A stretch of 64,000 nucleotides of DNA from Rotaria socialis (Eukaryota): contig CAJNYD010000020.1 in assembly GCA_905331295.1 (NCBI GenBank), forward strand, positions 1 to 64,000. The letters run 5' to 3'. The notes below the pieces were generated by a model. That model worked only from the letters and a program-made list of their open reading frames with translations. It made no database searches and had not been told where the DNA came from. Made by a program: the position numbers and the translations under genes. Position 1 is the first letter of the stretch; each line of letters begins with the position of its first letter. Of this stretch, positions 36,601 through 51,350 are shown in pieces.

Positions 36601-39172
36601 TTTCGATATTTTTTTACATGGGTCTCTAGATCAGAAACTATTTTAGGATCCTACGAACTCTTACTATTCGATAGAGATATGACTGCAGCAAAATTCCAAA
36701 GATTTCTGTGATTGTCTATTTAATCTCAAAATCTTATGTAAAATTTTCATATCTTTCAAAAATATTACCAGTCATAGAATGATTCGATATGATAGCATGA
36801 TAATTATCTCGTGGCAGATACTTGCCTCTATGGCTAGTCAGTATAGACGATGATCTTCTACTTGACCCTACAGCCTATAATAGTTGTAGCCAGCGTTCAT
36901 TTGCTTCAAGATATGTTTTTGTTTTTGTTTTATAGAAGTGTAATGATCGATAATCAAACGTTATTTGACCAAATGCTTCCACCTATATATCAACAAAATA
37001 CTGCAAGCATCATGCGAACTAATTATCCAGGATATTTTAATACTGATCAACAAAGTCAACGACGTACAGTTAGTTCAGATTCTCAATTAGATGCTGGACC
37101 TCTCGTATGTTGATCTCGTTTTTAATTAGGAATAGACTTTGCATTCGTTTTCATTAAAGATCCATTCATTTGATCGAGTTTGGGCTGATTATAAAAAACG
37201 TACTAATATAGAACGTCCTGTACCAAGACCATTTTCCATAGTAGGTTTTAAAAATAAGCTCATTTTGAATCTAATTTCTATAAATAGGAACGACTTTTAA
37301 CTTTAATGACCGAAATAATAGCTTATGAATGTTATTGTGATAGTCGTCTGTTGACTGTAACAGGAAATATTGTGGTAAGTGAAATAACGTATTGTCCATT
37401 TGCATTAGATTTAAAATTTTTTAGGATGATATTTATGAATTTTTCAATAAACGATATTCAACAATTGATGATATTACTTTTAATGCTGTACACGATCTTT
37501 TTACTTCATTAGTCGCATATAAAAATGAATTTAAGGTTTTATTTTCGTATTAAAAAAAAAGAATATTTAATATTGCTCTCTTCTCGCATGCAGATACTTG
37601 AACTATTTTCACATATTTTGATTGGCAATATTGATTTAGCTGGTATTTATTATGTAACTCTACTCGGTGATATTCTTGATAAAATAGAATGGAATGAAAC
37701 TGATGATATAAGAGTATTTTTCAATTCTATTTATCCATTTCTTGACGTAAGTTTTTTGGAATTTGTATTCATTTATTGTTCTCTTATAAAACTAATTTAA
37801 TTTAAATTAGGAAGAAGGATTGGATACAGTTGTTATTGATTTTATATCATATACAGAAAATAAAATTAGTCGTCATCTTGTTATCGAATTTATTATAACA
37901 TTATTACTCAAAGGAAAAGAACCATTGATTCAAGAAGTAAATATAATTTCCAACACGATGTTTCACAAAGTTTTCTCACAGTCAAAATAGGGGAATAATT
38001 TTCAACAGAATTTGAATACTCATCATGATTTTCTAAACTATATAAAATTGAAAGAAAACAATAGAAAACGGTTTCGTTCAATACTGTTTCTCGTCGATCT
38101 TGAATAGATGATAAAAATGCGATTGTCGTGTAATGATCTCGAAATAAAACTCGAGCACTTCATAATTCATCAACAGTTCGCAATTGAATATTTGTTTTCT
38201 TCGTTCACCTAAGAAATTCGTTAGATCAAGACAGTACCGGAGGTATTTTCATTTTCAATTATTTATTTAGCTCTTTGATTCGACTCACAATAGTTTTTAA
38301 GTAGACTAGTTATGCCTTGCTGTTATTGTAGTAAAATCTCCATTAGAACAATAAAAAATTTTTCAACTCTTGGTGCTCAAAACCCTCTGAGGTAAAACCT
38401 TTGACATTTTTTTTGTATGAACAAATTTAGTTTAAGGTCAATCTAGTTCTAGCGATAAAAAAATTCTGCCATCGAAAATTTAAAACTTATGAAAAACTGC
38501 ATTTATATTTTATATTTTTATAGATGCAATATAAACTTTCCGTTCAATTGACACAAAATTTCGATATGATGAATGAATTAGAATTTCATACTGCTATCGA
38601 AAATATAGCGTATACAGCTGATGAACGTATTGTCTCAAGATTTTTTAAACGAGCCGAACGTCATTCACATTGGGATAATCTACAAGGTTTCGTTTTAATG
38701 ACAAAATTAGCTCGTAAGGAGATACTCTTCCTTCCAGTTTAAAAAAAAACAATTTTTCAATCATTTTAAAATAATCTAGATATAGCTGCATTTATCTATT
38801 TTACACAATTAATTGAAGAACAAAAAGAACCTTTGAATGAAAGAATTCTAAAAGAATATAATTTACGAAGAAAAAGTGATGGTATTGATCGTGGTAAGAG
38901 AAAGAAAGTTAACTCATTAGGTTCTATGATTGATATTTTTTCTCATAGAGGGTCGAGCTGGAAAACAAATTACTCATGAACAAATGGAACCAATAAAATA
39001 TTTCAAACTTAAAGCTTTAGGACAAATTCTATACGAGTATGCTATTATTTTTTTCCACATAAGTATATTTTTCGATGAATTTTCTAGGCCAAATATTACA
39101 GAACTACCCGATGATAGAAAAAATCTCAACGCATCAGCAAGTTTTGAAAATGAAAATATCTCACAATCATAA
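33678..39172 (+). CDS. Large uncharacterised coiled-coil protein, about 20 exons
   Basis: Chain of GT-AG-bounded exons: helical N-terminus (RMVLVFNAFDQIIPQLGVFSPITAKLRNEF), coiled coil, a central FCDSCADKTYLCPHK Cys/His motif and a helical C-terminal half. Weak architectural resemblance to TSNAXIP1-like ciliary proteins (not confirmed). Confidence 0.7.
36328..36622. mobile_element. Foldback MITE within an intron
   Basis: Termini CCCATGTTAAAAA...TTTTTTACATGGG and internal inverted arms of about 85 bp (AATCGATTATAATCATACGATTTTAATCAATAATTTTAGCTG... versus ...CAGCTAAAATTATTGATTAAAATCGTATGATTAAAATCGATT). No clear TSD. Confidence 0.82.
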
Positions 39173-40964
39173 ATACTACGATTTTTTGTACTTTTTTTAA
39201 ATAAAATAAATACAGAAAAACATAACTATCACTCAATCCATGTTTAAAGGATCTGATGGCGGTGTTAGCAACGTTAATAGTTATATTTGAAATGAAAATT
39301 ATTCTACAAGTGACGTGATCATTTCACATTTTTGTTGAAAATCTTGTGCGATTTGTAATTATTAGCATGGCATGTGAAACAAGGACACTGAAGTGCAAGT
39401 TCTTTCATTGTGTTTATGGGTAAGGCGAAGAGTAAAAGTTTGGTGATTCGTGCGAAAAGAGCTATTTTTTTACCCTGATTACTTAATATCTTGCATGATT
39501 AGACTAATTTATTAATGATGGCGTAAGTGCTGTTAATCAAAACTGTTCAAATTTTCTATAAGATCACTGGAAATAATTACAAAGCCTTTCAATAGTTGAA
39601 AACCATGCATTATTATTCAACTATAATGATGATATCTTAAAAATTTTCTAGTATTTTGTTGAACGGCCATGAACGTATTATGCAGTAGTTATCCTTGATA
39701 ATCAGACATTTGCTATGTTATACGTGTAGATTATTATACTATTTAAAAACAAAGAACGTTCAACATGTTGGATAATATTCTAATAGAAATGAAAAGATGT
39801 TTCTTTGACCTTAGCAATATTTATTCTATTATAGTGTAATAATAAAAATAAGCTCAATAAAATCCATATAGACTCTAACTTGTACAGCTAGGCGATATCA
39901 TTACACAGAAACCCAACATTCGTTCTTCAATTACTTCATTTTTTTAGCACTATTCTATGATGTCTCCGGAACGTCATCTACTAGTTAGCAAGAAAAAAAT
40001 ATAGCACATTTGGTAACTGGGCTCACAAGCAACGACTCGATGGATTACTCTTTTTTTTCATTTCGACGTTTCAAGTGAGTAGGATACATATAGAAATCTG
40101 AACATCTACGAATATTCGACCAATATATTGCATTTATAATACAAGTCTTTTCTCATATAATGAGTAGTAAGAAACTTCTATTTAAAAACAAGACAACTCA
40201 ATGATGCTCTGGATCTCGACATGATTTTGTAAATGTGAAACTCACTAGTTGCAATGCAGCTCCTTAGAGAACCTTGTGATACTCCGTCTAGCATAGGCTT
40301 TCTGCTTCGGCTACAAAAGTCACATTCTTGATGCAGACAATTAAGGCAAAACAAGGTATCAATTAAAAAGATTCGTTTGACTCTAATGAAAGGTTATGAC
40401 GAATATTTCCTTTTTTGAATGAACAGCATTGGAAACTTCATGATTTGGCTATTTCCTTATGAAAATGTTATGTTATCAAATCATTCTCATGGATAAAACG
40501 TTGTGTGATTAGTTTTTTTTTTATGACAGACAATAGATTAGTAACGATAAGTTCTAATGCAACGTGTACACATTAGAGATCGTTAAGTAGGGCGATGAGA
40601 AAAGTTGAATTGTTTTCTTTTTTTTTGCGTATGAAGAATATGTTCACTGCTAAGTAGAAGATGATACCCTCTATAGTAATAGGTGCTCTTGATGGTTCTT
40701 ACTATCTAATGGCCGTTTTCTTTTCTTTTTTTTAAATATCATATTCTTTGAACAAAGAATGATGAATTGTTAGTATAAATGAATATATCTATTTAGTTTG
40801 ATAGAAGTAGTGTCTTGAAAAACAATTTTTCCTATACTCAAATATTGATCTACTTTTTCACTATAGAGTCATTTTATTTTGTTCAGTCATCTTCGATTGA
40901 GCTCAAAAACTCAATTGATACATCCACATTGTCAATAGTACAGATATAACAAAATAGATTTAAC

Positions 40965-42033
40965 ATGTCGACACCAATCATTGTAACATTGGCTAATATT
41001 TCAAAAAAATATTACTATATTTACAGGTTTAACCATATTTATTGCCGGTATCATTGGCAATTTGTTAAATATTATTGTATTTCTCAGTTTGAAAACTTTC
41101 CGAGAATACGCTAGTGCATTTTATTTATGTGACATGTCATTTGCTAACATTGGCAATATGATTTCAGGTTTACTTTCTCGGATTATTATCAGTGGGTTTC
41201 ATCATGATTTAACAGCGATTTCACTTTTAATCTGTAAAATAAAATCATATACAATGGAATTTTTCATGCTGACTTCTTTTACATGCATATGTTTGTTACC
41301 CATTGATCAATATTTGCCTACGTGTGCTCGAATTCAATGGCGTCAATGGAGTAATATTAAAACAGCTCATCATTTAACAATACTATTTATTATCGGTTGG
41401 CTTCTGCATGGAATTCTCTACTAATATATTTTGATTTAGCACCATCTCCAGGCATGGGTGAGACTAGCTGTGCCAGTAATAGTGTAGCCTTTCGTCAATG
41501 TCATACCTATGACTGTATTATTAATTTGACATGCATTTTACCTATTTTTGTTTCTGTTTTTTTTCGGAACCTTGCCTCATAATAATGTTAAAATTTAAAA
41601 CATAGAACAATATCGCTTGTGCAACGTTATTCAGACAAACAAATAACAAAGATGGCTCTTAATCAACTTTTTTATAATTGTATTTTTACTTCACCGTATG
41701 CTGCTTTCACAATTTGGAAAGCATTTTCTAGCCAATACACAAGATCCAGTTATTTTTGCAAAGGCCAAGTTTGCAAATGTTATGACCATGCTTTTCTATT
41801 TGTTAAGCTTTGCAGTAAGTTGAGATTTACTGTTTTAAATTTTTTAATAGACTAACTTTGTTGTTTCATTTTTCGTTTTCTTTTAGTGTCCTTTTTGTGT
41901 TTATATTTCTTCATCTGAACAAATTCGCAAACAACGGATGCATGTTTTATTTGAAGTACACCTAAAGTGCTGGCGACCACCGAGAATCTAGGTCAATCAA
42001 GTGGTGGTACCAGCTTCAGGAGTTGACCCGTAA
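40965..42033 (+). pseudogene. Frameshifted rhodopsin-like GPCR pseudogene
   Basis: TM1 GIIGNLLNIIVFLSLKTFR, SAFYL, ICKIK, TM3 CICLLPIDQYLPTCAR..WRQWSNIK. The reading frame is broken near 41010, 41424 and 41580 and continues in other frames; a premature TAG is near 41990. Confidence 0.82.
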
Positions 42034-42362
42034 AAATGATGACATTAACAATTTTTATATAGATTCATATTGTATTTTATCTTGAAAGAGTTTCGTTGTA
42101 TTGTTCTAACAGACATAATTATTCTAATCAAGCATCATTTCAAAAACTAGACAAACTCTTAAATATATGATTGATGAAGATGAACGTCTACAGAAATTTC
42201 ATCGCATAGTTTTCTCTAAATAATAATTATTTCAAAATGAAATCTCAGATCTGAAAATGATTTAATAGCAATGATCCAATGCATTCCTTCTGTCTTTTCA
42301 TTTTAATATGTTGATAACGAACTAAGCTAGTACCATAAAATTTTTTTAGCATGGATTATAAC

Positions 42363-42512
42363 TAGACATGGGCGATTCTTAAAAAATTAAACTTGTCGAT
42401 TCCAATACGATTCCAAAAAGCATGCAGCCGATTCCGGTACGATTCTAAAATATATTAAAGCCGATTCCAGTACGATTCCGATTCCAAAAAAAGTTGACTT
42501 TGCCCATGTCTA
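42363..42512. mobile_element. hAT-type MITE (150 bp) with 8-bp TSD
   Basis: Perfect 11-bp TIRs TAGACATGGGC / GCCCATGTCTA. TSD ATTATAAC on both sides (42355-42362 and 42513-42520). Internal CGATTCC repeats. Confidence 0.92.
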
Positions 42513-45500
42513 ATTATAACGTTAACAACATTGATTCTACTTAATCTTTTGGTTTCTCGCACAGTCTACTATAGATTGCTTGATGACATCCCAAATTTCG
42601 ACGTGATAAAACTGAGCAGAATATCTCACACTAGTGACACACTTTGATGACCACATTTACGCCTAATTATTTTTACAATAGGTCACCAGTTCTATTTTAT
42701 AAATATTCATCAATACACAAAATTGTCAACGCTATCAATTGATAAAGGTAAACATTCTTACAATTTAATAGTAAATAAACCTTTTTTCGTCGATAATCTG
42801 CATTATCATGCATTTTTACACATTAGAAATGGTTCGATCTTAATGATATTCATTTCATTTAGCAACGGTCGTAGAAAGTAGCCAAGCGATTAAAGTAAAT
42901 TATGATGAATGGCAAAATTGTAAATATTAACGAGAACATTTGTTGATTTACTTATAGATTCATGATGTGCCATGTGAAAAAGTTTGAGATGAAAATTAAC
43001 AACTACTTTAAAGTAAAAATAAATAATCTTTACTCATTATTTGAGGGCCCTATGATAGATAGTTGTGGTGAAAAATTGGGAAGAACAGCAACGAATCTCA
43101 AACTTTGCGAAGCTAAGAAAAAAGAAAACTATGCAGCCAAGTAAATGCGTTTACTCTCAATCAAATCATGTGAAAATGATTTGTTTACGTGCAACTGCAA
43201 AGCAAATTTTTGAAAGCTTCTTTTTGTTCATAATTGTCGTCACATTCCTGAAACGCTCGACAAGATACTTTTGAATCTGATATGCAAAGACACATCCTGA
43301 AAACTCTATTATTAAAATGACGTTGAATAACGTCAAACAAATATATGAAAATGATTTTTAACTATTATGTCACTCAAATGGACAATAAAGATACGGATGG
43401 ATATGTAATCAAGGAATCGTCTATCTTTCTTTTAGCGGTTTTGATCCTTCACTATGATGTCACTATTTACATTGAATTCATTCTAGTGCATAAGATCAAA
43501 ATTGGATGTTTTATTCGAACTTTTGGTAAATTCACAAATTAGTCATGATATCATGAGAATTGTTCAATCGTGATGGCAAAAAAAGAATTCACAGTTGTTT
43601 TGCTCGTCTGGCTGATTACTCTCTAGATTCGTATTACCAACATTTTTTGTTCCGCTATGTGCTATGCAATTACTGAAAATATTGATATAGAAACTTTTGC
43701 ATAAAACAAATCTATTTTAATATTACTCGTGATTTAATTTCGTGATTCTAGTCTAAGAATAAACGATATATTATTGAAACTGATTTCTGAACAAGAAACT
43801 ACTGATAATGCATTGTTAAATGAAGATGATGAAACGTTTTCAAATCAAGGCCAATAATTTCGCCGTCAGCAACTGTGAATTTCCGCCAAGAGCGTGCCGG
43901 GAAGTGGATGTTTCCGAACCGGAAAACCAAGAAAATATCAGGGAATTTGCAAACAGAAGTATCGGGACGTTATTATGTGACTGGATTTTTCTATTTCTGA
44001 TTGTAGCTGACTGCTAAATTTCTGTTTTCAACTTCTAACCAGTTTCTGGTGTGTAAAACTTCGAATCTTTTAACTCGACACTACACAATCTATGCCTCTT
44101 CTGGTACTTGTGAATTTGTAACTATTGTTTAATAAACTTTCTTTCTTTTTTGGTTTCTCACATTTGTCGAAAGAATTATTATCCACTAACAGATATTTTT
44201 TGTACGGTGAAAATGTAAACCTATCATCACATCCAATCATTCTGTCTTACAACAAGAACAGTGTAATTAAATAATGCAAAATCTTCCATGTTGTCATGAG
44301 TAGAAAGTAATGCACGACTAGTAAACCTTTTCTCTATTCAAAAATAATGTATTTAAATGATTTAATTCAGATAAAACAGTAACAAGAATATTGTTTTACG
44401 AACACTAAATTGTCTCATGATGTTGTTGAAGGTTTATTGTTATGTAAATTTGTTTTTGTTTTTGTTATAATGAAGATATTCACAGTTCATAAAATGTTTT
44501 ACCGGTACTTGAATTTGTTCGTCAATATAATGTTTTAAATGAATGAAATCTGCTACAAAATTGAGGTGTTTGTCTAACACTAACATGGCTATTGAATAAA
44601 GATGATGCAATAAAAATACGGTGAAGCGTTGTCATTGATAGTAATCAAGGTAAACTTAAAGCACAATTAAGTGAGAGACCGGTAAATATTGATAATATAT
44701 AATGAGATTTGTGAAGAGTATGAAGCAGTTAGATATAACTGAACTTTTATAACGAATTAGACCAATGAGTTTTGACCAAACTGCTGGCAAAACATCATTA
44801 TTTGTAGAATTAGAAAACTTCATCGACATCTAAAACTAGTTTACACTGTTCGAGAACAAAGAAAGGTTTTTTGTATGAAAATCATCGCTTTTCAATTTCA
44901 CTTACATGGACAAAACTCCAACCAAGTAGCTCATATAATTGGAATAAAAGAATCTCTTTCTTAGCTATAATTTTGTTATGCTTTTTAAAATAAAAAAGAG
45001 TGCAATTGTCTCGCCTTACGGTCGTTTGCAATCATATTTTTATATCCAGACATGCAATTCTATTTATAACTTTTTTCCGTCTTTCTCTCTTGCTTGTCAT
45101 ATTTTGCAACTAGCGAAAGAAAAGTTACAAGTGTCGTCAGTGAGAATTGAAGATAAGAAAGTAACAACCTATTGTATCAATTTTTTTCTAGGGCAGAACG
45201 GCATGCACACAGCCAGTGGTTCACACCTGTAATATGAAAAGAACAGAATTATTATTTGTGCCTATATATCGTATAGGTACAAAGACAAGAGAAACAAAAG
45301 GAGAGAGATGAAATACCATGAAGATGTCACAAGTCAATGCAAATGGGATTCATATAGATGAAATGTGAGATACGATGAATCATAATAGAGATCATAAAAA
45401 TCTTAACAAGGTTACAACATAGACTATCGGAAACATTATTAATGTGAAATTAAAGATAATATATTAAAACAACGTCTTTCTATCAGATTTACACACTTTT

Positions 45501-48500
45501 CTGAAATGTTCAATAAAAAAAGAGTGAAGAAATGTATGACATAACAGATAGAAAAAAAACTTCCTACAATTACCAATACTGCATTTCTTATTGTGACTAT
45601 GCAAAAATTAGCCAAAGCATTTTTTAATCATAGATTGATGGTTGGATACGGATAACTTAAGTTGTCTTTTTTTATAATCTTTGCCAAAGTTTTGATTGAT
45701 TTTTCCGTGGTGAAAGAAATACTAGAGATGATCATTAATGATAGATGTTAAACAGTCACTATTTTTTTTTATAAAGTTTGAAGAGAATCCCAATGTTATT
45801 TTAGATGTACTTTGTCTAAGTACCATCTTTCTTTGAGAGATCATTCATTGCTGTTTAGATCATACACGTGTAGCATTGAATTTTCATAGTTAGGATTTCA
45901 ATTTTAACAACATGAAAAAAGTGACATGAGTTTAGATTTGGAAAACATTGTCGATCAAAATATATTTGCATCTGTTTTGGCATGTCAAATTTCTTGATAC
46001 TAGAATAGTAAATACTCTACTTTGATTTCTCTTCTGACATATTTTCAAAGCTTATATTTGACAAGTATGATCAGTAGACGCAAAAAAAAACTCTTTATCC
46101 GATGATAATGAAGTCGGCTTTGGTGAATTATAATTTTCAACACCAATTTTATAATGCACTGGTTTAAGCTTTTGTTTTAATGAGTTTTGAATACTGGTAG
46201 GACTATTTTAGTCTTCTACTAAACTTGTTTTTCCTTATTGTAATGATGCAACTATGATTAATCCATCGTGGCAATAATGAAATGGGTTCATCTAAACGTT
46301 TTTTTAAATGGCAGGATGATTTAACATGCAACTGCTTTTAGTCATAAATAAGTTAATAATGTACTTCTTGAGAATAAAAACCTCGAAACAATTTCAAATC
46401 AATAAGAATAACGGCAGACGGCGTTGACCTTAGAATGTCTTCTGTTAACTTTCATATTTAGTAGCAATCATCTCTGATGATTTTCTCAAGTAGAATTAAT
46501 TGTTTTAACGTAAATACCAGCGAATGAGCTATTTCAATAAGTCAGCATGAACTTTTTTCGGGTTCAATCATGCTTGAACTGAAATATCATAACTTCTTTT
46601 ATGCATTGAATCAGATTTGTTGCGACATAAGATCCATAGATTAAAACTGTTTTGGTGACTCGTTGGAAAATAACTTTTGATACATATGAAAGAAATGCCA
46701 GTGTAGCATATTGCACAAGATCTTGATCTCCGATATATTGGCCGCATTCATAGATATAAGCCTGAGAATTCTAGCAGACTAATCGATCTAAATATAGGAT
46801 ATATAGAAAGTTTGAAACAAACAAAAAAACTTTTTGTTTTAAACATTCCATGTGCTAGCATGTTGACAATGGAATTCTATATCTCCCTAGACTTACAATT
46901 TATTCATATGAACACTAAATGGATATCTTTCCTTAAAATTTTAAAAATCACTGGAGAGAAAGAAACAGAACTTTTTATGCCATTAATTATGAAGTTCTCA
47001 AAAAGATTACACTTTCGAGCACGAGCATTCGAGTGGTATAATCCTGTGTACTTATATCTTAATAAATATTGATTAATACCATACGGAAAATAAATTTCTT
47101 TTTTACAAGAAATTCCGACCGAATATAGTAATGATGTTTACCGAAAGCTGTAAGAAGAATAACAAAGCATGAGGAAAAAACACATGTGGATATCACTTTT
47201 ATGTCAAACTTTATTTTATATTTTATTTGTCTGTCTACTATAACAAACTATTATTGTAAAGCATTCAGACGTATCACAAAAAAAAGTAAATTTTAATATT
47301 TCGAAGAATTTGAATAGTTTATTTTTCTTATTTATCACATTTAATCGATCTTAATTAATATATTGGACAAAATGAGATTATTTTAAGGTCTCACTTTTCA
47401 AGATGTGCCAAATAAGAAAACCTCTAATTAATCACGCAACCTATGCATACTAAGAACAATTACACCGAATTCTTTTCAAAAATATCAAAGAGATTGAAAG
47501 TATTAAGATCCTTGAATAATGTCACGACATTCTTTCAAAATGTTTTAATGCATTCCTAGTGAGTTAAAATCAAGTTTATAATACTAACAACAAAATTAGA
47601 CTGACAAAGAACAGACAAAGATCATGCTATTTGGTTTGTTCAAAATAATTCGTTACTACTATTCTTCTTGATTTTGTCGGTTCTTTGTATTCCTTATTTT
47701 TCTCTATCCTATCGAGAATTTTTCCTTTCTGTATCTTGTAAAAAAGTAAACTTTAGAGAATTACTAATATAATAATTCTTTTGATTTCTCCTCATTTTAT
47801 TCATCTTATTCTAGTATCATCTCCATAAGGAAATCATGATGATAGTGGTGCACGTATAGTCAATCAGCCTTGTGTAATCAGTCGTAATTTTAAGTATCAT
47901 GAATAATATAAATATAGTTTTTTTCATGTGTAAGCTCGACACGTCTTCCTCTTTTCATTCAACGTTGAATACAAACGAACAGCTATTTTTAGTTCCACAA
48001 TCAAAGACATTTCTTTTTTTTTGAAACTATGTACATTAGAAACATTTTCTCGCCTTATCATCATGTACGATAAGAAGAAGAAGAGGAAGAAGAAGAATAT
48101 GTGCGTATCTTTTATTCTAATTTCTTTTCTCCTTATAAGATCTATTCATTAATAGGATTATGATGCGATCACTTTCTATATTTCTGCAATTTTCGATCGC
48201 TACGGATGTCATTCATAAAATATGCTCTGTTTATTTCCTATATACTAATAAGCTAGTTTTCTCATACAGCACGCACCACTAATTGATTGAAAACGACATA
48301 GCTAATAGTTGTATTGAGTCAATACTACTACTATTTAATAGATCATTAATACGTCTATTTGAAATTAAAACTACCATTAAATGTATGTAAAACTACTCGA
48401 TAAACGTTTATTCTATTCATAAAGAGTCTATTACTAAGCTGACCATTTAAATAATTGAAGCAATTGCTTCATTCTTCTTTTTGGTAGTCGTTCTTGTTCT

Positions 48501-51350
48501 TCTTCGTCGTCTTCGTCTATCAATCAATAGTACAGTTTCGATGACAGCTAGAAAAGAAAATAATTATTTTCTTTTTCGTTTTCGTTTTCTTTTTATTTTG
48601 TTTGATGCTTTTTGATCAATTCATTTGCATTGTCATATAATCTCTTTCTCTCTCCGGTAGCATCAAAATGAATTGGAAAAAGGTCAGCTTGTTTCTTATT
48701 TGTTGTTTTATATATATATATATAATCAAAGTATACAATAAAACAAAAGAATCGATATTTGTAGTACAAAACACAAAGGTTTATAACGTTCTTTATTTTT
48801 TTCTTTATGTTTCATTAACGAGTTTGATTAAGATATATTTTAGGTATTGTAAACAAAAAATATTTCCGATGACTGCAGCACATGCATTGAATAGATAAGG
48901 TTCATCATTATAAATATTTCATATTTCAATCAGACTTACAAGTGTCTACCATTCGTTAGTTGATTCGATATCATCATTTAGAAAATATCTTACGAGCGTG
49001 TCAACCCTGAATGTGACTACTAAATAACAGAAAAGAAAAAGTGTATGTTATTCTATGCGCATTTAAACCATATAAGTGAATGAAACTAACGTGAAACATC
49101 GGCGCTAGTTATTACGTGTCTTTTTTTTGTTGTTTCGTACTTAGCCTGACAAACTATTCGATTGTGAGCAATGAGGCGAAACTTGTAGCATATGTATGCA
49201 GTTATATTTGGTCACATATACATATTACCAGCTGGATATCAACTAATTAGTTCCGAAAAGTACACGACCAACAACAACTTTACACCGTAATTCAGGTAAA
49301 ATGTATGATCGAAGATTAACTTTCATAAATAAGTATTACGCTTTTATATACGAGAAATACTCCACATTTGTCAATTAAACTGATAAAATAGGAAATTTAT
49401 CGTCTTTTTCTCCTTCAACAAAGCTTTTACTTGATTACATAGGCAAATAATTGCCTTTTCTTTTTGTTATACTCTATATCAGGCACAGCTTATCGTTCTA
49501 TTGTGTATTTGAGAATTAAGAGAAAATAATAGTTTTCACATTGATAAACAGCATCAATACTGAATTTTATTCTGCTAATAAATACAAATAAAACTAGAAA
49601 TGTAAGCTAATCATTAAGAGAGAAGAGCAACATGATAACGATTCATACAAAAGTAATAACAGATGGCTGTAGAAGGCTTCTATATAGTATCATTTTTCGT
49701 AACACTGGACGTATATTTCTTTGACGCGATTGAGAAAAAAAAGCGTCTACTTGAGGTTTTCTTTTGTTTCGCTATATTTTTTTTCTTTCTAGTATTCTTA
49801 TGTTTTTTTATGGAGTATATAGCCGATTTCCGGCAAAAATGGTAAATCTACGATCAAAAGAGGTAAGGAGAGACTACAAAAGGGCGTAGTTTCATCGTAA
49901 CTGGTTTTATCGTTTTACGATCAGATGTGTTCGTGCCTATCGCCATCAATTGATCGAACCACTTCTTGCTCGCTTCTTCTGATCATACGACGTTTGTTTT
50001 TGTTTTTACCGTGTTTGTTCTTTTTTTTTTTTCATATTCACCCATCTTTCACTAGCCGTTAATGTCAATCATATAATTTATTTTTTTCTCTGCATCAACT
50101 ATTACTACAAACACTTCCATTTTTTTTTGCTTGCCCTTCGAATAGGTCTTTTAAGCTAACTGCATTTAAGTTAAGCGTCTTATGTCAACCGATTAAATAG
50201 TATTCTTAAAATAGTATGGATTCTTTTTTGATTAATTGGAGTATACTCTAATCTTTTCATTGCATAGCTCATCGTCCTTTCAAAAAAAAAATGAAAAAGA
50301 AAAGAAACGCCAATAATTGAATCGTTCTAAGTACGTTATTCAGAAAGAAAACTTTTCTAATCAGGTATTATTTTTGACAGCTTTTTGGCGCTGAGAATAC
50401 AGTAAAAAAAAAAGGGAAGGATAAAACACATTGACGGTAGAGGTACAAGGCAAATCCCTTTAAACACTAAAGGGTAATTACAATTACTATGTGTTAAACA
50501 GAAAACTTATGCTGGTAGTTTCTTTTTCTTTTTTAATATTTATTTTAACTTCAATTAATTATTAGTTACCCATGCGAATAATTGATCTAAATAAAATGAA
50601 GACTAGAGAGCATAAAACGAGGCAAAAAAATTAGAGAAAATTTTTCTGTTGACAGCAAAAGTAGAGCTTACTAATTGCCATCAACAACGATGGAGAAGTG
50701 TCATTTGGTTTTTTTGGCTTCTTTTCGCTTGGATTCGTCACGCCCTTAAGAGAGGTTCTTGCCATCAAAGATGCTAATATTTGATTTCTACTGTGGGCCA
50801 TATCTACTTATCTCGACTAATACTCTATATAAATTTCCAAGATATGAATTAGCTCAATAGAAAAGAAGAAGAAAAAAAATAGAACAGAAGAGAAAATGAT
50901 AATCCTTTTGGAGAGAAGAAAAAAAATGTCTATTTATTTTTATGCACCGATCACTGTGATGACAGCCAGAGGACAATAGAAAAAGAAAAAAACAGAAAAT
51001 AAAACTATGATAGATAAACTTTTACGTATGTTGATCATATGCAAAAATAATAGAAACCGAATGTATTCGTCTATAAGAGTATTACCGAAAAAACCACTAA
51101 GTAAGGTAGATTGTACTTTTAAAAAAACGAATGAATGAATGAATGAATGTATTCTTTTTTCTTTTTTCTTTTTTTTTCTTTGTCTTATTTTATGGGTTTT
51201 TCTTTCGTCATTTCTTAGATAATTTTCTAGATGAACACAATAAAAACAAAGAAAAATTATTTTTCTTCTAGATAATATCTCATTTCCTGTTAACATTGAT
51301 GATAGAATGAATTTATTTATTTTTTTGATCATTGAAAAAACAATAATGTA

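Noticed and set aside
43820..44017. 65-aa ORF in a GC-richer patch
   Set aside because: No motif or splice context; looks like a repeat remnant.
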